This document shows, piece by piece, positions 61,672-64,000 of a DNA stretch of 64,000 nucleotides (position 1 is its first letter; every line of letters starts with the position of its first letter). The notes under the pieces are model-generated. The model had not been told where the DNA came from, searched no databases, and saw only the letters and a program-made list of their open reading frames with translations. The position numbers and the translations under genes are program-made. The DNA is from Bacteroidaceae bacterium (GTDB lineage Bacteria > Bacteroidota > Bacteroidia > Bacteroidales > Bacteroidaceae): contig JAFYMP010000044.1 in NCBI GenBank assembly GCA_017556585.1, forward strand, positions 26,463-90,462, given 5' to 3'.

Positions 61672-62910
61672 ATGAAAGATTTTGAAGCAATAAGAACAAT
61701 TGACTATAATTACAATCTACCGGACGAAAGGATTGCAAAGTTTCCACTTACAAAAAGAGATAGTTCCAAACTCCTCATTTATAATAGTGGCAAGATAAGT
61801 CACAATCTTTTTACTTCACTACCCGAGCACCTACCCTCAGGGGCTTTAATGGTATTCAACAACACTAAGGTTATACAAGCGCGTCTGCATTTTCGCAAAG
61901 AGCCTACAGGTGGTCCAAAATCGCAAGGAGCACTTATTGAGATTTTTCTATTGGAACCGGTATTTCCTGCAGACTATCAGCTTATGTTCACTCAAACAGA
62001 AGAGTGCACCTGGCATTGTCTGGTAGGAAATCTTAAAAGATGGAAAGAGGGCTCCCTCAAAAAGAATATCTCCATAGGAGCAAAAGAGATTTGCGTTACT
62101 GCAGAAAGAATAGAGTCTACAAACAACGGACATATTATAAAATTCAGATGGAATGGTAATGTTACTTTTGCAGAACTACTTGAAGCAACTGGAGAAATTC
62201 CAATTCCGCCTTATCTGAATAGAGAATCACAAGAGAGCGATAAAACCACATACCAAACAGTATATTCTAAAATTAAAGGAAGTGTTGCGGCTCCTACAGC
62301 AGGTCTTCATTTCACTGATACTGTTTTAGCCAATTTAGATAGTCACAATATAGAAAGAGAAGAGTTGACACTACATGTTGGCGCAGGCACATTCAAACCT
62401 GTTAAGAGTGAGAATATAGCCGGTCACGAGATGCACACAGAATACATTGTAGTCAAGAAATCCACTATTGAAAAGCTGATTGCACACAATGGTGAAGCAA
62501 TAGCAGTAGGTACTACATCGGTTCGTACGCTGGAAAGTCTATATTATATAGGTGTATATTTAAGTACCCATCCGGATGCGTCAGAAGAAGATATGCATGT
62601 TCAGCAATGGACTCCTTACAATAGCGAAAACAACAAACTGACCACTATTGAATCGTTGCATTACATATTGGACTATCTAAACAATCACAATCTGGACTCT
62701 TTAAAAACAAGTACCTGCATAATTATTGTTCCAGGATACAAATTCCATATTGTCAAAATGATGGTTACAAATTTCCACCAGCCACAAAGTACTCTCTTAC
62801 TGCTTGTGTCGGCATTTGTAAATGGCAATTGGAGGGAGATATACAAATATGCACTTGAAAACGATTTCCGTTTCTTGAGCTACGGCGATAGTTCTCTACT
62901 TATACCTTAA
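61672..62910 (+). CDS. queA: S-adenosylmethionine:tRNA ribosyltransferase-isomerase
   Basis: 412 aa. Motifs YNLPDERIAKFPL, GSVAAPTAGLHFT and VGTTSVRTLES. It is longer than the ~350 aa I recall as typical, because of internal insertions. Confidence 0.9.
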   Translation: MKDFEAIRTIDYNYNLPDERIAKFPLTKRDSSKLLIYNSGKISHNLFTSLPEHLPSGALMVFNNTKVIQARLHFRKEPTGGPKSQGALIEIFLLEPVFPADYQLMFTQTEECTWHCLVGNLKRWKEGSLKKNISIGAKEICVTAERIESTNNGHIIKFRWNGNVTFAELLEATGEIPIPPYLNRESQESDKTTYQTVYSKIKGSVAAPTAGLHFTDTVLANLDSHNIEREELTLHVGAGTFKPVKSENIAGHEMHTEYIVVKKSTIEKLIAHNGEAIAVGTTSVRTLESLYYIGVYLSTHPDASEEDMHVQQWTPYNSENNKLTTIESLHYILDYLNNHNLDSLKTSTCIIIVPGYKFHIVKMMVTNFHQPQSTLLLLVSAFVNGNWREIYKYALENDFRFLSYGDSSLLIP

Positions 62911-63600
62911 CTATTGCGCCAAAGCAAGAGTAAATACGCTCAGTTTTACAGAGGGTACCGTTTTCTCTATTATTTCTAAAATAGATGACAACGTAGAACC
63001 TGTAGTCATTACATCATCTACTACAAGCAGATGTCTGTTTTCCAGCATTTCAGGTTTTGCCACCATAAATATGCCATCGGCATTACCCCAACGCTGATAC
63101 TTACCTTTTCCGGCCTGTTGAGTGTTGGCAACTGTACGTACCACAGCGTTTTCCACTATTTCTATCCCGGTTATTTTATTAATTCCCTTTGCTATATAGC
63201 TGCACTGATTATATCCGCGTTTTCTAAACTTTTTACGCGACAATGGAACCGGTATAATTAAATCTACTCCATCAAAGAAGCCATCGTTCTTAAGCCGTGA
63301 AGCTGCTATGGCAGATAGATAAGTAGCTACATCAGGATGACCATAATACTTCAAATGATAAAGAATTTTTCTGTAGTTACTCTCTTTGTCATAAACCAAC
63401 ATTGATTCTGCTCGCACAAGTGTATGGCTTGATATCAGCAACTCTTCCGGCCGGTTCATTCCGCCCTTATAATTCTTAAACAATGGCATTGACAGCAGGC
63501 AAGTTATACATAGATGTTCTTCCCCTATAGTCAAACGACGGCCGCACACTTTACAATAGCGCGGCAGCAACATCTCAGTTAGAGATTTCAGTATGTTCAT
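62911..63600 (-). CDS. comF: ComF family protein (phosphoribosyltransferase-like)
   Basis: 229 aa. N-terminal Cys4 (CKVCGRRL...CITC) and the C-terminal PRTase motif LLVVDDVMTTGSTL. Its stop abuts the queA stop with no spacer. Confidence 0.85.
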   Translation of the reverse strand: MNILKSLTEMLLPRYCKVCGRRLTIGEEHLCITCLLSMPLFKNYKGGMNRPEELLISSHTLVRAESMLVYDKESNYRKILYHLKYYGHPDVATYLSAIAASRLKNDGFFDGVDLIIPVPLSRKKFRKRGYNQCSYIAKGINKITGIEIVENAVVRTVANTQQAGKGKYQRWGNADGIFMVAKPEMLENRHLLVVDDVMTTGSTLSSILEIIEKTVPSVKLSVFTLALAQ

Positions 63601-64000
63601 CAGAGTTCTTCTATTTTTACAAAACGTGTTATCAATGGTATTTCAAATCCTCTGCTTGCAACCGATTTAATCAGTTTTGCAGATCTTTCATACTCTGTTT
63701 TTCCCTTTATTCCTCTCTTTTTTGAGTTTATTACATCCTTAAGAATAGTTATGTATTCATCATCATCAATGGTATTCAAAGCATCTGCTATAATAGATTC
63801 TGATATACGTTTCTGCCAAAGCATATTGGAGATTTTTACTCGCCCCCATTTGGCAAAAAAGAGTTTATCATGAACAAATGCTGCTGCATAACGATTTTCA
63901 TCAACAAACCCTTGCTGCTGAAGTTTATTGATTATACGTTCCACCTCATCTTTCTGCAATTCACAGTTATCCAACTTTTTACGAACATCATAAATACAAT
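63600..64000 (-). CDS. recX: regulatory protein RecX; 5' end runs off the window
   Basis: RecX-like helical repeats (QQGFVDENRYAAAFVHDKL, WGRVKISNMLWQKRIS). The frame stays open upstream of the track's TTG at 63974 to the window edge. Confidence 0.78.
   Translation of the reverse strand, partial: CIYDVRKKLDNCELQKDEVERIINKLQQQGFVDENRYAAAFVHDKLFFAKWGRVKISNMLWQKRISESIIADALNTIDDDEYITILKDVINSKKRGIKGKTEYERSAKLIKSVASRGFEIPLITRFVKIEEL

Overview
The window looks like a chromosomal segment from a low-GC (roughly 35-40% by eye) Bacteroidota/Bacteroidales genome. Three things support this. TAnnTTTG -7 promoter boxes sit upstream of many genes. One surface protein carries a T9SS C-terminal sorting tail. 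A MurF-Alr fusion and an LptD-like OMP typical of the phylum are present.

It is densely packed with about 50 mostly housekeeping CDS:
- Translation, replication and repair: lysS, queA, ung, recX, comF, and dnaA followed by class II RNR nrdJ.
- Central and biosynthetic metabolism: slyD, aroC, pgi, gpsA, asnA, folB, dxs.
- Envelope and transport: the murF-alr fusion, trkAH, a MATE pump.
- Carbohydrate use: GH2, GH94 plus an SSS symporter, and a GH51 gene interrupted by an in-frame stop.
- One tRNA-Arg(CCG).

I saw no rRNA, CRISPR array, integrase or transposase.

The parts worth a second look are:
1. A translationally coupled small ABC-ATPase + DUF4435/TOPRIM-like gene pair (AbiL/PARIS-like architecture) at 56.8-58.7 kb. 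It sits between trkH and a MATE gene, and its 3' end overlaps trkH.
2. The only large ORF-free region (33.4-34.1 kb). It holds a duplicated 58-nt segment, a ~270-nt nested rod-like imperfect palindrome, and an orphan promoter plus terminator.
3. A BspA-LRR/GLUG/T9SS surface protein gene whose central ~2 kb is far more GC-rich than its own ends and the flanks, followed by an unlisted 38-codon ORF with its own terminator.
4. A tight three-gene operon upstream of dnaA: a polytopic membrane protein, a CXXCH-bearing PD40 lipoprotein, and a SPOR amidase.

All functional calls come from reading the translations and motifs by eye. No database search was run.
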